This document shows positions 1-10,993 of a stretch of DNA of 64,000 nt, in pieces (the first letter of the stretch is position 1; each line of letters opens with the position of its first letter). The notes below the pieces were generated by a model. The model saw nothing but the letters and a program-made list of their open reading frames with translations, ran no database searches and was not told where the DNA came from. A program made the translations under genes and the position numbers. The DNA is taken from contig SMXQ01000107.1 in assembly GCA_004356985.1 (NCBI GenBank), positions 13,501 through 77,500 on the forward strand, in the 5' to 3' direction. The stretch is from Alphaproteobacteria bacterium (GTDB lineage Bacteria; Pseudomonadota; Alphaproteobacteria; SMXQ01).

Positions 1-272
1 CGGGGCCGGGTCAGGGGGCGGTCGATTCCCGGCGAACTGACCTCCAGGGTGTAGGCCTCGATGATCGGGTCCTCGGCATCGAGCAGCACCGAAACGCTGT
101 GGCTGATCTCGGCGCAATCGTCCACCGTCATGGCGGCGCCGTCGGCCCTCTCGGCCATCACCTGAAGCACCGGACGGCCGCCGTGGGAAAGCCGCACCCG
201 CACCAACTCATAGCCCATGCCCTCCAGGGGATTGGTAATCAGCGCCGTCACCCTCTCGTTAATCTGGTTCAT
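1..272 (-). CDS. rimP: ribosome maturation factor RimP, N-terminal part (gene continues past the window start)
   Basis: Manual translation of the minus strand from ATG at 270-272 gives [90 protein letters not shown], typical of the RimP N-domain including the EVSSPG motif. This ORF is not in the supplied ORF track because it runs off the edge. Confidence 0.7.
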   Translation of the reverse strand, partial: MNQINERVTALITNPLEGMGYELVRVRLSHGGRPVLQVMAERADGAAMTVDDCAEISHSVSVLLDAEDPIIEAYTLEVSSPGIDRPLTRP

Positions 273-345
273 CACCGTTGGCAAAATCCCGGCTATTGGG
301 CGGGCTAGGCGTCACCCGCCGCCCCGCCCGGTTCCTGGAACTGGT

Positions 346-370
346 AATAAAAAAGCGGGCCGGTGGCCCA
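346..370 (-). terminator. putative rho-independent terminator downstream of trmB
   Basis: On the minus strand a GGGCC-acc-GGCCC stem is followed by GCTTTTTTATT. It lies 70 bp downstream of the trmB stop and upstream of the rimP start. Confidence 0.5.
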
Positions 371-441
371 CCCCGCAAAGTCACCCGATTACTCGGACCC
401 TATAGAGAATATTGGGGAATATAGTCATTTCCGCCGCGCCT

Positions 442-1269
442 TCAAGTGTTTTGGGGCTTTTGCCGGAGGCCGGGCGCGGCCCGCGGATGGCGCTCGAAAA
501 CCAGGAAGACCGGCGTGACGCCCTTGGCCCGCGCCTTTTCTTCGTACCGGGTGGCCGGCTGATCGGCGGGCCGGACGCGCCAATCCGCCGCCTTTTCCGC
601 CACCCAGCGAAACCCCTCATGGGCCGTCAGCGCGGCCAGCGCCCAGCGCAGATAGACCGGGTCGTCGGTGGCGAAGCGCAGTTCCGCGCCATCGGCCATC
701 ACCCGGGCCAGGTCGTCCAGGGTATCGGCGGCGATGAACCGGCGGCGCGCATGGCGCGCCTTGGGCCAAGGGTCCGGGAACAGGACGAAGACACGGGCGA
801 GGGTGCCCGGCGCCAGGCGTTCGATCAGGAAGCGCGCGTCATCCCCGTAGATGCGGATATTGGACAGCCGCCGCGCATCGACCCGGGCCAGCAGCGCGGC
901 CACGCCATTGAGGAAAGGTTCGCAGCCGATGAAGGCGATATCGGCGTGGGCTTCGGCCTGGGCGGCGAGATGCTCGCCGGCGCCGAACCCTACTTCCAGC
1001 CAGACCTCGCGCCACGGCGGCGCGGCGGCGGCGTGGGAGAATGGCACCCCACCGGCGGCGAAGACCGGCGAACCGTCGAAAAACCGCGCCGGATCGAGCA
1101 GCGGAGCGCCGGGCCCGGCATCGAGGGTCAAACCGATCCGCGGCAACAATTCCCGGACCAAGCGCCTGCGGGCGGGCCGCAGAGACCGGCCCTTGCGGCG
1201 GCCATAGAGGATGCGTCGCGGGGCATGCGGCGGGGCGGATGGGCTGGGTGGTCTGGGTGGTCTGGTCAT
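442..1269 (-). CDS. trmB: tRNA (guanine-N7)-methyltransferase
   Basis: The 275-aa ORF has a SAM methyltransferase core with the FPDPWPK motif and the alphaproteobacterial N-terminal LYGRRKGR motif. It sits immediately downstream of metK, as is typical. Confidence 0.85.
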   Translation of the reverse strand: MTRPPRPPSPSAPPHAPRRILYGRRKGRSLRPARRRLVRELLPRIGLTLDAGPGAPLLDPARFFDGSPVFAAGGVPFSHAAAAPPWREVWLEVGFGAGEHLAAQAEAHADIAFIGCEPFLNGVAALLARVDARRLSNIRIYGDDARFLIERLAPGTLARVFVLFPDPWPKARHARRRFIAADTLDDLARVMADGAELRFATDDPVYLRWALAALTAHEGFRWVAEKAADWRVRPADQPATRYEEKARAKGVTPVFLVFERHPRAAPGLRQKPQNT

Positions 1270-1301
1270 GGGCTTTTTTAGCCCCGGTCGGCTTAGGCGC
1301 C

Positions 1302-2483
1302 TCAGGTGAGGGCGGATACGAGTTCCTCCACCAGGTCATCGCGCTCCCAGGAGAACCCGCCGTCGGTGTCGGGCGCCCGTCCGAAATGGCCATAGGCCGC
1401 GGTGCGTGCATAGATCGGCTTGTCCAACCCCAAATGATCGCGAATGCCCCGCGGCGTGAGGTCCATGACCGCGCACAATGCGCCCGCCAATTTCTGTTCA
1501 TCGCAAGTAGCGGTGTCATAGGTATGGACGTAGACCGAAAGCGGCTTGGCCACGCCGATGGCATAGGAAATCTGAATCACGCAGCGCTCGGCAAGGCCCG
1601 CGGCAACCACGTTGCGGGCCAAATATCGCGCCGCGTAGGCCGCCGACCGGTCGACCTTGGAAGGGTCCTTTCCGGAAAACGCGCCGCCGCCATGGGGCGC
1701 CGAACCGCCATAGGTGTCGACGATGATCTTGCGCCCGGTCAGGCCGCAATCGCTGTCGGGACCGCCGCGCACGAAACGGCCGGTGGGATTGACGTAGAAT
1801 TCCTCCTCGGGGCACATCCAGCCGTCGGGCAGCACGTTTTCCACATGGGGCCGCACGATCTCGCGGACCTGCGCCTGGTCGAGACCTTCTTCGTGCTGGG
1901 TGGACACCACCACGGAAGCGGCCCGCACCGGCTTGCCATGGGAATAGAGAAGGGTGACTTGGCTCTTGGCATCGGGATAGAGGCCGGGCTCGGCGCCGGA
2001 ATGGCGGGCCTCGGCCAGGGAGCGCAGGATGGCGTGGGAGTAATGGATGGGCGCGGGCATCAACACATCGGTTTCACGACAGGCATAGCCGAACATGATG
2101 CCCTGATCGCCGGCGCCCTCGGACTTGTTGCCCGCCGCGTCGACCCCCATGGCGATGTCCTCGGATTGGTTATGGATCAGAACCTCCACCCGCGCAGTTT
2201 TCCAGTGGAACCCTTCTTGTTCGTAACCAATATCGCGCACGCATTGGCGGGCGATCCTTTCGAGCTCCTCGGCGTCCAGGATTTTAGGCCCGCGAACCTC
2301 TCCGGCCATGACCACGCGATTGGTTGTCACCAGGGTTTCCGCACCCACGCGGGACTGCGGGTCCAGGGTCATATAGGCATCGACGATGGCATCGGAGATA
2401 CGGTCGGCGACCTTATCGGGATGGCCTTCAGAAACCGATTCGCTGGTGAACAGGTAATCGCCTTGGGACACGGGCTCCTCCAT
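1302..2483 (-). CDS. metK: S-adenosylmethionine synthetase
   Basis: The 393-aa ORF begins ...[27 protein letters not shown] and carries [23 protein letters not shown], classic MetK motifs along the full length. Confidence 0.95.
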   Translation of the reverse strand: MEEPVSQGDYLFTSESVSEGHPDKVADRISDAIVDAYMTLDPQSRVGAETLVTTNRVVMAGEVRGPKILDAEELERIARQCVRDIGYEQEGFHWKTARVEVLIHNQSEDIAMGVDAAGNKSEGAGDQGIMFGYACRETDVLMPAPIHYSHAILRSLAEARHSGAEPGLYPDAKSQVTLLYSHGKPVRAASVVVSTQHEEGLDQAQVREIVRPHVENVLPDGWMCPEEEFYVNPTGRFVRGGPDSDCGLTGRKIIVDTYGGSAPHGGGAFSGKDPSKVDRSAAYAARYLARNVVAAGLAERCVIQISYAIGVAKPLSVYVHTYDTATCDEQKLAGALCAVMDLTPRGIRDHLGLDKPIYARTAAYGHFGRAPDTDGGFSWERDDLVEELVSALT

Positions 2484-2624
2484 GGTGACTCAGAAAACCC
2501 GCGCGCCGAGCCGCGCTGCTGCCCGTGGAGCATTGGCCCCACCGACGCGCATCACTTCTTCTGGGCGGCTCTTGTTGCAACCTTTGGCGGTGCCGTCAAG
2601 GGGTTTCCCGCCGAGTTGATTGCC

Positions 2625-3077
2625 TCAGGCCCCGTCGGCCATGGAGCGTAACAATTCAAGCACCCGGCGGCGCTGCTTGGGATCGTTGATGCGATAATAA
2701 GCGCGGATCATCTCCGCGGTTTCGCGGCTGGCCATGGGGTCCGCTTCGAACTTCACCGAGGCATCGGCGAAGCCCCGCGCCTTGGCGCCGGCCGTGGCCA
2801 GCGCCCTTGGCATTTCCTCGAAAAAAAAGGCGATGGGCACGCTCAGAACCTTGCTCAACGTGAACAGCCGGCTGGCGCCGATGCGGTTGATCCCGCGTTC
2901 GTATTTCTGGATCTGTTGAAAGGTAAGCCCCACCGCCTTGCCCAGCTTCTCCTGGCTCATGCCCAGCAACATGCGTCTTTGCCGAACGCGGCTACCGACA
3001 TGGGCATCGATGGCGTTGGATCTTCCCTTGGTGGCGCGAGGGGGTCTGCGGGTCGATTTCGTTACGGCCTTCGCCAT
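2625..3077 (-). CDS. XRE-family helix-turn-helix transcriptional regulator
   Basis: The 150-aa ORF contains the segment [42 protein letters not shown], a Cro/C1-type HTH. An AT-rich promoter region lies upstream at 3078-3200. Confidence 0.7.
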   Translation of the reverse strand: MAKAVTKSTRRPPRATKGRSNAIDAHVGSRVRQRRMLLGMSQEKLGKAVGLTFQQIQKYERGINRIGASRLFTLSKVLSVPIAFFFEEMPRALATAGAKARGFADASVKFEADPMASRETAEMIRAYYRINDPKQRRRVLELLRSMADGA

Positions 3078-3200
3078 GGCTATTCCTTTTTATTATGTGG
3101 CCGAATCGTCGGTTTACGGCTGCAATAATGGTAACTACGCTAATAAACTAATTATATGGGAATATGTCCCAAGACACAACAATGAGATGTACTACCGGCA

Positions 3201-4763
3201 TCATTTACCGTCCGCAGCGGTACGGCGGCGACCCAACCATAGGGCAAATAGTAATATAACACACGCCACGAGGGCGAAAATCCCATTGCCGAATCGGGCG
3301 AACGGCGTCGCTCGGCCGAGAGCCGCCGGAAGACGCCGCTGGATCACCCCGCGCCGGCCCAGGGGAAGCGCCTCGAGCACCCGGCCCCATGGATCGATCA
3401 CCGCCGAGATCCCGGTATTTGCCGCCCGCACCAGCGGCAAACCCTCTTCCACGGCGCGGAACCGCGCCGCCGCCAGGTGCTGATAAGGCCCGGCGGACCG
3501 CCCGAACCAGGCATCGTTGGTGAGATTCAGGAGCCACCGCGGGCGGGGGCCCGGCGCCACCACGGCGCCCGGGAAGATGGCCTCGTAACAGACCAGGGGC
3601 GAGAACCGCGGCAAGCCGGGAATATCCAGGCTGCGCGCGCCGGGGCCGGGGGTGAAGTCGATTCGCCCGGCGGTGATCTTGGTGACGGGAAGGAATCTGC
3701 GGGCAGGAACGTATTCACCGAAGGGTACCAGGTGATGCTTGTCATAGGTCGCAACGATGCCCTTGCGGGTCACGGCGACGACCGCGTTCCACAGCCGGCG
3801 CGGCCGCGTTCCGGGCGCCGTGGCCCGCACCGCGCCGGTGATCAACACGCCATCGGCGGGGACCGCCCGCTTGAGCGCCCGGACCAACGCCGGATTGCCG
3901 TCGAGGGTGAAGGGAACCGCGGTCTCCGGCCAAATCACCACGTCGGGCGCGGCGCCCCGGGGGCCCCGCGAAAGCCGCAGGTAGGTGGCGTAATGGCTTG
4001 GCGCCAGATCGCGGCGCCATTTCAAGCGCTGGTCGATATTGCCCTGGATGATTCTCAGCGTCACCTCGGTGACCGCCGCGTCCGGCGCCGAGCCCACCCG
4101 GACCAGGCCCGCCCCGCCGATCGCCGCGGCCAGCACCATGGCGACCCCCAAGGGCCGGGCGCGGGCCAGGCCCGTGGTGGCCGCCCCCAGGGTCGCCGGT
4201 GCCGCGGCGATGGCCACCACCACCAGGGAGAGACCATAGGCGCCGAACAATGCCGCGCCCTGGATGGCGGCGGCATCGAAGGCCAGCGAAGTCGCTATCA
4301 GGTTCCAGGGAAATCCGGTCAGAACCACGCCGCGCAACCATTCGGTGGCGGCCCAGGCGGTCGCCAGGACCAGCACCCGCGGCACGCCGGGCCGGGCCCG
4401 GCAAGCCGCCCAGCAGGCGAGGGCGGGATAGGCCGCGAAATAGAGCGACAAGCCCAATACGGCGAAGGGCGCCAGCCAACCGTAGGTGGCGGCATCGACC
4501 AACAGCGCATTGGCGACCCAATAGAGCCCGCCGACGAAATGCGCGAAGCCGAACCACCATCCCAGAACCAACGCCTTGCGCCCGGCGCGCGGCCCCCCGT
4601 CGCGCCCGTCGATCAGCCAGACCAGGCCGGTGAAGGACACGAACAACACCGGCACGGCATGGATGGGGGGGAGTGCCGCCACCGCCACCGCGCCAAGCCC
4701 GGCGGCGGCGGCCGACCGGCGCCAGCCGGATAGCGCGCCAAGGCGCCGGGCCAGTTCCCTCAT
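3201..4763 (-). CDS. lnt: apolipoprotein N-acyltransferase
   Basis: The 520-aa ORF has multi-pass TM N-terminus and a nitrilase-like C-terminus with the CYEAIFP motif. It is the last gene of a ybeZ-ybeY-ybeX-lnt type operon. Confidence 0.9.
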   Translation of the reverse strand: MRELARRLGALSGWRRSAAAAGLGAVAVAALPPIHAVPVLFVSFTGLVWLIDGRDGGPRAGRKALVLGWWFGFAHFVGGLYWVANALLVDAATYGWLAPFAVLGLSLYFAAYPALACWAACRARPGVPRVLVLATAWAATEWLRGVVLTGFPWNLIATSLAFDAAAIQGAALFGAYGLSLVVVAIAAAPATLGAATTGLARARPLGVAMVLAAAIGGAGLVRVGSAPDAAVTEVTLRIIQGNIDQRLKWRRDLAPSHYATYLRLSRGPRGAAPDVVIWPETAVPFTLDGNPALVRALKRAVPADGVLITGAVRATAPGTRPRRLWNAVVAVTRKGIVATYDKHHLVPFGEYVPARRFLPVTKITAGRIDFTPGPGARSLDIPGLPRFSPLVCYEAIFPGAVVAPGPRPRWLLNLTNDAWFGRSAGPYQHLAAARFRAVEEGLPLVRAANTGISAVIDPWGRVLEALPLGRRGVIQRRLPAALGRATPFARFGNGIFALVACVILLFALWLGRRRTAADGK

Positions 4764-5686
4764 GACCCGTCCGCGTCTTGGTCCGGCCTCGGGGTGGGTA
4801 GGTTGCGAAGGCGGACGCGCTTGATCCGCCTGGGGTCCGCATCGATGATTTCGAACTCGATGCCGGAAGCGTGCTTGATGATCTCACCCCGGCCCGGGAC
4901 CCGGTCCAACATGGTGATGATCAGGCCGCCCAGGGTTTCGACGTCCTCGGCGCGCTGGTCGTCGGTCAAGACCGGGCCGACGCGCGACTCGAATTCCCCG
5001 AGCTCGGTGCGGGCATCGGCGATGATGGTGCCGTCGGGCTGGGTGATCATGGCAACTTCGTCGGCGTCGTGTTCGTCCTGGATGTCGCCGACGATTTCCT
5101 CGACCAAATCCTCGATGGTGACAAGGCCGTCGACGCCGCCGAATTCGTCGACCACCAGGGCCATGTGCATCCTCGTCAGGCGCATCTGCAACAGCAGATC
5201 CAACACCCGGATGGTGGGCGACACGAACAACACCTTGCGCACGATATCGGCAAGCATCAGCGTTTCAGCGGTGTCCACCCGCGCCAGCACGTCCTTGATG
5301 TGAACCATGCCCAACACGTTATCCAGGGTCTCGTGGTAGACCGGCACCCGGGAATGGGCCTCCCGGGTCATCAACGCGATCAGCTCTTTGAGGGGGGCGT
5401 CCACTTCGATGGCGACGATCTCCGCCCGCGGCACCATCACATCGGCGGCATTGACATCGCGCAGATTGAGAACATTGCCGATCAGCAGCCGTTCGTCGTC
5501 ATCGATGGTTTCCTCGCCGTCGGGCCGTTCCTCGATCAGCTCTTCCAGGGTTTCGCGGATCGAACCGTCGCCGTTGCGCCGCCGGCCGCGCCATCCCAGC
5601 CAAGCCAGGAAATTCTGGAATTTGGATTGATGTTGGTATTCGGCCCCGGTCCCGCGAGGCCGGCTAGATTGAGCTTTTTCGGTCAT
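4760..5686 (-). CDS. corC: CBS-domain CorC/TlyC-family magnesium/cobalt efflux protein (YbeX-like)
   Basis: The 308-aa ORF has tandem CBS domains and a CorC-HlyC C-terminal domain. It overlaps lnt by 4 bp (ATGA). Confidence 0.85.
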   Translation of the reverse strand: MTEKAQSSRPRGTGAEYQHQSKFQNFLAWLGWRGRRRNGDGSIRETLEELIEERPDGEETIDDDERLLIGNVLNLRDVNAADVMVPRAEIVAIEVDAPLKELIALMTREAHSRVPVYHETLDNVLGMVHIKDVLARVDTAETLMLADIVRKVLFVSPTIRVLDLLLQMRLTRMHMALVVDEFGGVDGLVTIEDLVEEIVGDIQDEHDADEVAMITQPDGTIIADARTELGEFESRVGPVLTDDQRAEDVETLGGLIITMLDRVPGRGEIIKHASGIEFEIIDADPRRIKRVRLRNLPTPRPDQDADGS

Positions 5687-5709
5687 CTCTCTCGCTGTGG
5701 GCGCTTGCC

Positions 5710-6207
5710 CTAGCTCTCATGGTCGGCATAGGGATCGGCGATCCTCAGCCCCGCCAGAATATGCGCTTCGGCCCGCTCCATGGCTTCGGCGTCCGACACG
5801 GCTTGATGATCATACCCCAAAAGGTGCAACACGCCATGAACCACGAGATGGGCCAGATGATCGGCCATCTCCAGGCCGCGTTCATGGGCTTCCCGGCGCA
5901 CGGTGCCGAAGGCCAGCACCACGTCCCCCAGCAGTCGCGCCGCCTGGGGGGCCGGCGGCTCGGACCCGCTGGCGAAGGCCAGCACGTTGGTGGTCGCGTC
6001 GATCTTGCGATAGTCCCGGTTGAGCCCGCGCACCTCTTCGTCGCCGGCCAGCAGGATGCTGATTTCCAGCGGCCCCGGACCGGCGCGCGGCCGGGCGGCG
6101 GCCAAGGCGGCGCGCTTGGCGATGTCCCGGCACTGGGGCAGGGCCGCCGCCCAGGCGCCATCGCTCACCGCGACCGGGACCGCGATCTCGGCGTTTTCGG
6201 GAACCAT
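5710..6207 (-). CDS. ybeY: endoribonuclease YbeY (rRNA maturation factor)
   Basis: The HGVLHLLGYDH zinc-binding motif is present. The start is placed at internal MVPENAEIAV (ATG at 6205-6207), because the longer ORF would overlap the phoH stop at 6215-6217. Confidence 0.85.
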   Translation of the reverse strand: MVPENAEIAVPVAVSDGAWAAALPQCRDIAKRAALAAARPRAGPGPLEISILLAGDEEVRGLNRDYRKIDATTNVLAFASGSEPPAPQAARLLGDVVLAFGTVRREAHERGLEMADHLAHLVVHGVLHLLGYDHQAVSDAEAMERAEAHILAGLRIADPYADHES

Positions 6208-6214
6208 GGCGGGT

Positions 6215-7375
6215 TCACTTTTTTGCGTCACCTTGGCCTTCTCCGTCGGCCGGATTGGCCGCGCGCGGCGTGGCGCGCCCCCGCTTCCCGGACGCCGCGG
6301 CCTTGGCGTTGTCCTTGGCGGGGCCGCGCCGCCCTTCGGCCTGCTCATAGGCGCGCACCACCCGCGTCACCAGGGGATGGCGGACCATATCCTGGTCGGT
6401 GAAGCGGACCATGGAAACGCCGTCGATGCCATCGAGCAACTGAACCGCGTCGGTCAGACCCGAGCGGGTCCCCAGGGGCAGGTCGACCTGGCTCAGGTCC
6501 CCGGTCACCACCATGCGGGATCCTTCCCCGAGCCGTGTCAGGCACATCTTCATCTGCACGCTGGTGGTGTTTTGCGCCTCATCGAGGATGATGAATGAAT
6601 GGGCCAGCGTACGCCCCCGCATGAAGGCCAGCGGGGCCACCTCGATGTCGCCGCTGGCCAGCCGCTTGACCACTTGGTCGCCCGGCAACATGTCGTAAAG
6701 CGCGTCGTAGAGAGGGCGCAGGTAGGGATCCACTTTTTCGCGGATGTCGCCGGGCAGGAATCCGAGCCGTTCCCCGGCCTCCACGGCGGGACGCGAAAGA
6801 ATGATGCGGTCGACCACGCCGGCCTGAAGAAAGGCGACGGCGGTCGCCACCGCGAGATAGGTCTTGCCGGTCCCGGCCGGGCCGAGGCCGAACACCAGTT
6901 CATAGGTGTTCATGGCTTCGATATAGGCGGCCTGGGTGGGGGTCCTGGGCGTTACCTGCCGCCGCCGGGTCTGAATAACGGCCCCGCCCGCGCCGATGGC
7001 GCTGCCCTGGCCGCCGGGCGCCAACTGGCCCGCCGCCGCCAGGCGGACGATGGCGTCGACCTCGCCTTGATCGGGAGGCACGCCCTCCTTGACGCGTTCA
7101 TAGAGGGTCATCAACGCATCCCGGGCGGCGGCGGCGGCGGACCTGGGGCCGGTGATGGTCACCTGGTTTCCCCGTGCATGGACGGTGACGCCGAGATCGT
7201 TTTCGACGCGCACCAGATTGCGGTCGTGCTCGCCGAAGAGAAGCGTCAGAACCGAATTGTCGTCGAATTGCAGGACCAACGGCTTGGCGCCGGCGCCGGC
7301 GCCGGCGCCCTGGCGGCCGGAGCCGGCGGGCCGGGTCCGTTTTCCCGAGCCCGACCGCGCCGGGCCGCGGGTCAT
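6215..7375 (-). CDS. phoH: PhoH-family ATPase (YbeZ)
   Basis: The 386-aa ORF has a Walker [14 protein letters not shown] and is PhoH-like along its whole length, with a basic C-terminal tail. Confidence 0.9.
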   Translation of the reverse strand: MTRGPARSGSGKRTRPAGSGRQGAGAGAGAKPLVLQFDDNSVLTLLFGEHDRNLVRVENDLGVTVHARGNQVTITGPRSAAAAARDALMTLYERVKEGVPPDQGEVDAIVRLAAAGQLAPGGQGSAIGAGGAVIQTRRRQVTPRTPTQAAYIEAMNTYELVFGLGPAGTGKTYLAVATAVAFLQAGVVDRIILSRPAVEAGERLGFLPGDIREKVDPYLRPLYDALYDMLPGDQVVKRLASGDIEVAPLAFMRGRTLAHSFIILDEAQNTTSVQMKMCLTRLGEGSRMVVTGDLSQVDLPLGTRSGLTDAVQLLDGIDGVSMVRFTDQDMVRHPLVTRVVRAYEQAEGRRGPAKDNAKAAASGKRGRATPRAANPADGEGQGDAKK

Positions 7376-8772
7376 GGCCCGGCCCCCAAGGGCGCGCGCT
7401 CGGCGAGCGTTCCCGCCAGGCTGTTGGCGTGGCCTTCGGTGATCCGCACCGGAAGAATTCGCCCCCGCAGCGCCTGGGCTTCGCCGTCGCCGGGTGTCAC
7501 GTGGACCGCCTGAAGATAGGGGCTTCGGCCCGCCATCTGGCCCCGATAGCGGCCGGGACGGTCAAACAGCACGTCCATGACACGCCCGACGCAGGCCTCG
7601 TTGAAGGTCCGCGCCTGGGATTTCAGTTCCGTTTGCAACCGGGTGAGGCGTGCCGATTTGACGTCCTCGGGCACTTGGTCGGGCCTCTCGGCGGCCGGCG
7701 TCCCAGGCCGGGCGCTGTACTTAAAGGAGTAGGCCTGGGCATAACCCAGGCGGCGCGCCAGGTCGAGTGTAGCCTCGAAATCGCTGTCGCTTTCCCCGGG
7801 GAATCCGACGATGAAATCCGACGACAGGGCGATGTCGGGCCGCGCCGCGCGCAGGCGCTCGGCAACCGAGGTGTATTGATCCACCGTGTACCGCCGGTTC
7901 ATCGCCGCCAGCACCCGGTCGGACCCCGACTGCACCGGCAAGTGGAGGTGGGGCATCAGGGCCTCAACCTCGCCATGGGCGGCGATCAGGTCGTCATCCA
8001 TGTCCGAGGGATGGGATGTGGTGTAGCGGATCCTGGCCAGGCCATCGATCCCGGCAAGGTCGCGGATCAACCGGCCGAGCCCCCATTCCCGTTGGCCCAA
8101 AGCCGATCCTGGCGCGGTGCGGCTGGGCGCCGCGCCGTGATAGGCGTTGACGTTCTGGCCCAACAGGGTGATTTCCGAAACCCCGCCCGCCACCACGGCG
8201 CGGGCCTCGGCGATAATGTCCGCCGCGGGGCGCGAATACTCCGCCCCCCGGGTGTAGGGAACGACGCAAAAGGTGCAGAATTTATCGCACCCCTCCTGAA
8301 CCGAGATAAACGCCGCGGTTTGCCCCTGGCGGCGCCGCTCGGGCAGGGAATCGAACTTGGGCCGGGCCGGAAATTCGGTCTTGAGGACGGCGGTGCCCCG
8401 CGCTGCGTCCTCCACCATCTGCGCCAGGTCCTGGTAATTCTGCGGGCCGAAGACGATATCGACGAACGGCGCACGGTGTTGCATTTCCTCGCCTTCGGCC
8501 TGTGCGACGCAGCCGCCGACGCCGATCAGCATGGTCCGGCCACGGCCGGCCGCGGCGGCCTTTATGGCGCGCAGGCGTCCGAGTTCCGAGTAGACCTTCT
8601 CCGCGGCTTTTTCGCGGATATGACAGGTGTTGAGGATGACCAAGTCGGCCGCTTCGGGCGCCGCCGTCATCTCAAAGCCCGCCGGCGCGAGAACATCCGC
8701 CATCCGCGCGGAATCGTAGACGTTCATCTGGCAGCCGTAGGTTTTAATGAAAAGCTTCTTCACCGAATCCAC
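7372..8772 (-). CDS. miaB: tRNA-2-methylthio-N6-dimethylallyladenosine synthase
   Basis: The 466-aa ORF begins [21 protein letters not shown], then has a radical-SAM core and a TRAM domain. It overlaps phoH by 4 bp. Confidence 0.95.
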   Translation of the reverse strand: MDSVKKLFIKTYGCQMNVYDSARMADVLAPAGFEMTAAPEAADLVILNTCHIREKAAEKVYSELGRLRAIKAAAAGRGRTMLIGVGGCVAQAEGEEMQHRAPFVDIVFGPQNYQDLAQMVEDAARGTAVLKTEFPARPKFDSLPERRRQGQTAAFISVQEGCDKFCTFCVVPYTRGAEYSRPAADIIAEARAVVAGGVSEITLLGQNVNAYHGAAPSRTAPGSALGQREWGLGRLIRDLAGIDGLARIRYTTSHPSDMDDDLIAAHGEVEALMPHLHLPVQSGSDRVLAAMNRRYTVDQYTSVAERLRAARPDIALSSDFIVGFPGESDSDFEATLDLARRLGYAQAYSFKYSARPGTPAAERPDQVPEDVKSARLTRLQTELKSQARTFNEACVGRVMDVLFDRPGRYRGQMAGRSPYLQAVHVTPGDGEAQALRGRILPVRITEGHANSLAGTLAERAPLGAGP

Positions 8773-8903
8773 GTTTCAACGTGCATCACGCCGACCCCTG
8801 GGACGGAACGCCATAAATACGCCCGCGCGCCGTCTTCAGGTGGTGGGAACCAGTGTTTAAGTAACATCACACCTCAAATAGTCAAGATCGGCGCCCATCG
8901 GCT

Positions 8904-9647
8904 TCAGGCCGGCACCGATGGGCCCCGACGCCCGGAATTGGCCGCGGCGACGCCATCGCGGACGACCTCGAAGCAATGCTCGGCCAGCGCCTTGCGGGAC
9001 CCATATTGGCCGATGGTGACCGGTTCGTGAAACCACACCTCGGCGCGCACCGTGCTGAAGGTTAAAATACGCCACAGGTGGGGCAGCATCTCCATGTCGC
9101 CGTACCAGGCGAACAGGGGGCGCCATTCCCGGCCCACCGGAAGGCCGGCCAGCGCCGTATAGGCGACGGAGAACGGCTGCACCAGGAGCGGTGCGCCGTC
9201 CACCTGCAACTCGGCAACGGCGAACAACGCGCTTTTGAACGGCAGCACCCTAACGCCATCGTCGGAGGTCCCTTCCGGGAACAGGATCAAACGATCACCG
9301 GCCGCCAATCGGGCGCCGATTTGATCGCGCTGTTGGGCCGCGCGCGACCGACGCCGCTCGACGAACACCGTGCGCTGCAATTTCGCCAACCAGCCGAACA
9401 ACGGCCAATCGGCGATTTCCGCCTTGGCGATGAAGCTGCCATCGATGATCGTCCCCAAGACCATGGTATCGAGGTAAGAGGTGTGGTTGCCCACGAACAG
9501 CGCCGGCGTGTCCGTCGCCATCTTGCCCCGCACGACGATGTCGAACCCCAGCAGGTGGGCGCAGATTCGGTGATAGGTGCCCGGCAGGCGTTCCGCCAAC
9601 CGGGCGCCCCGGGCCAGGGCGACCGCCTGCACGGGCATCAAGGCCAT
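8904..9647 (-). CDS. olsA: lysophospholipid acyltransferase (PlsC family), probable ornithine-lipid O-acyltransferase
   Basis: Only the C-terminal 247 aa of the supplied 476-aa ORF look real (from MALMPVQ...). They carry the acyltransferase motifs NHTSYLD and FPEGT. The gene lies directly downstream of an olsB-like gene. Confidence 0.65.
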   Translation of the reverse strand: MALMPVQAVALARGARLAERLPGTYHRICAHLLGFDIVVRGKMATDTPALFVGNHTSYLDTMVLGTIIDGSFIAKAEIADWPLFGWLAKLQRTVFVERRRSRAAQQRDQIGARLAAGDRLILFPEGTSDDGVRVLPFKSALFAVAELQVDGAPLLVQPFSVAYTALAGLPVGREWRPLFAWYGDMEMLPHLWRILTFSTVRAEVWFHEPVTIGQYGSRKALAEHCFEVVRDGVAAANSGRRGPSVPA

Positions 9648-9706
9648 GGTAACCAGCAAATAAGCGATGAGGCGTGCGGCGCCCCTCAGGATCGATCCTT
9701 TGGGAA

Positions 9707-10537
9707 TCAGTTGGCCCCCGTGTGGTGGTTGGTGCGCTCGAAATGGCGGAGATATTTTTCGGTCACCAGATCGGTCTTGACCAGCACGCAGACATCGGTG
9801 GTGTTGAACTGTTCGTCGATGACGGCCCCATCGCCGATGAAGCCGCCGAGACGGAGATAGCCTTTGATCAGCGGCGGCAGGCTGGACAGGGTCGCGCGCT
9901 TGTCGATGGCATCGGCGGGCATCAGGTCCATGGATACGTAGCGCGAGGACAGCGCCCGGGGCCGGTACATTTCCGGCGCCAAGTGAAAATGATGCAGGTA
10001 GGACAGCGGTTCGGCGAGGGTGTCGATATCGGTTCCGGGCAGGCTGGCGCAGCCGAACATCATCTGAATGTCGTAGTGGTAGACATAGGCGGAAATGCCA
10101 CGCCACATGATCTGCATGGTCGGACGGGTGCGGTGATCGCGTCCCACGCAGGAGCGCCCGAGCTCTAGGATCTCCCCATCCAGGGCCGCGATCTTGTCGA
10201 TATCGTACTCGTCGGCGGTATAGAACCCCCCGTGACGGGCGACGGCGACGCGGCGGATCAGCCGATAGGTGCCCACCACCGAGTCCCGGGGATCGTCGCC
10301 CCGGGAATGGTCGAACACCAGAAGATGGTCGCAAAGGGGATCGAAGCCATCGAAATCCCTTTTCTCGCGCGCCATCTGGGCGGTTGGATGGGCCGCCATT
10401 TCCTCATAGAACACCCGGTAACGTAATTTCTGGGAAGCGACAATTTCGCCCTTGGACTGCGCCAGTCGCACCTCCAGGTCCCCCGCCCGGAGCCCGTCCA
10501 TCAACGCCTGAGGTCGACCGATCGTTTCCGTTGCCAA
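9707..10537 (-). CDS. olsB: GNAT-family N-acyltransferase, ornithine N-acyltransferase-like
   Basis: The 276-aa ORF has an OlsB-type acyl-ACP-dependent N-acyltransferase fold (LRYRVFYEEM...GTYRL). Pairing with the PlsC-like gene is characteristic of olsBA. Confidence 0.7.
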   Translation of the reverse strand: MATETIGRPQALMDGLRAGDLEVRLAQSKGEIVASQKLRYRVFYEEMAAHPTAQMAREKRDFDGFDPLCDHLLVFDHSRGDDPRDSVVGTYRLIRRVAVARHGGFYTADEYDIDKIAALDGEILELGRSCVGRDHRTRPTMQIMWRGISAYVYHYDIQMMFGCASLPGTDIDTLAEPLSYLHHFHLAPEMYRPRALSSRYVSMDLMPADAIDKRATLSSLPPLIKGYLRLGGFIGDGAVIDEQFNTTDVCVLVKTDLVTEKYLRHFERTNHHTGAN

Positions 10538-10582
10538 GGTTCACCTATCCCTGCTGCCGCGCCCTGGCACAGTCGGACGCGA

Positions 10583-10993
10583 CTATTCGCTTTTCTTTGG
10601 AACACAGAACAATTCCATTCTATGTCCCACTAGGTCGAGCCCCAACTCATCGGCCAGCGCGCACTGTAACGCCTCTATTTCCTTGTTGTAAAATTCCAGG
10701 ACCTCTCCCGTCCGGATATTGATGATGTGATCGTGGTGTTCTTCCGAGCGTTGTTCGTAGCGGGACCTTCCGTCACCGAAATCGTGGCGGGTGATGATGT
10801 CGGCCTCTTCGAACAGGCGGACCGTCCGGTACACCGTGGCGATGGATATCCGGGAATCGATCACCGAGGCACGGCGATGGACCGCCTCCACGTCGGGGTG
10901 ATCGAGCGCATCGGACAGCACCTGGGCGATGACCCGGCGCTGCTCGGTCATCTTCATGCCTTTATCGATGCAAGCCTGCTCTAGGGGTGACAT
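10583..10993 (-). CDS. Fur-family transcriptional regulator (Fur/Irr-like, lacking CxxC pairs)
   Basis: The sequence contains IATVYRTVRLFEEADIITRHDFGDGRSRYE and HHDHIINIRTGEVLEF. The start is taken at the internal MSPLEQ. Confidence 0.75.
   Translation of the reverse strand: MSPLEQACIDKGMKMTEQRRVIAQVLSDALDHPDVEAVHRRASVIDSRISIATVYRTVRLFEEADIITRHDFGDGRSRYEQRSEEHHDHIINIRTGEVLEFYNKEIEALQCALADELGLDLVGHRMELFCVPKKSE

Noticed and set aside
2484-2624. Possible SAM-responsive riboswitch upstream of metK
   Set aside because: I could not recognise SAM-II or SAM-V pseudoknot hallmarks by eye in the 140-nt leader. A proper covariance-model scan would be needed. This is not claimed.
1041-2651. 536-aa ORF on the plus strand, antisense to metK. 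Similar long antisense ORFs occur at 3477-4733, 3742-4887, 5719-6402, 15971-16906, 19399-20604, 22153-23349, 25815-26927 and elsewhere.
   Set aside because: These ORFs are Arg/Gly/Pro/Ala-rich with no recognisable domains. They lie opposite well-supported genes in a high-GC genome where stop codons are rare, so they are typical GC-artefact ORFs.
8904-10334. 476-aa ORF spanning the olsA region and most of olsB in another frame
   Set aside because: Only the C-terminal 247 aa (from MALMPVQ) look like a real acyltransferase. The N-terminal 230 aa are low-complexity junk overlapping olsB out of frame.
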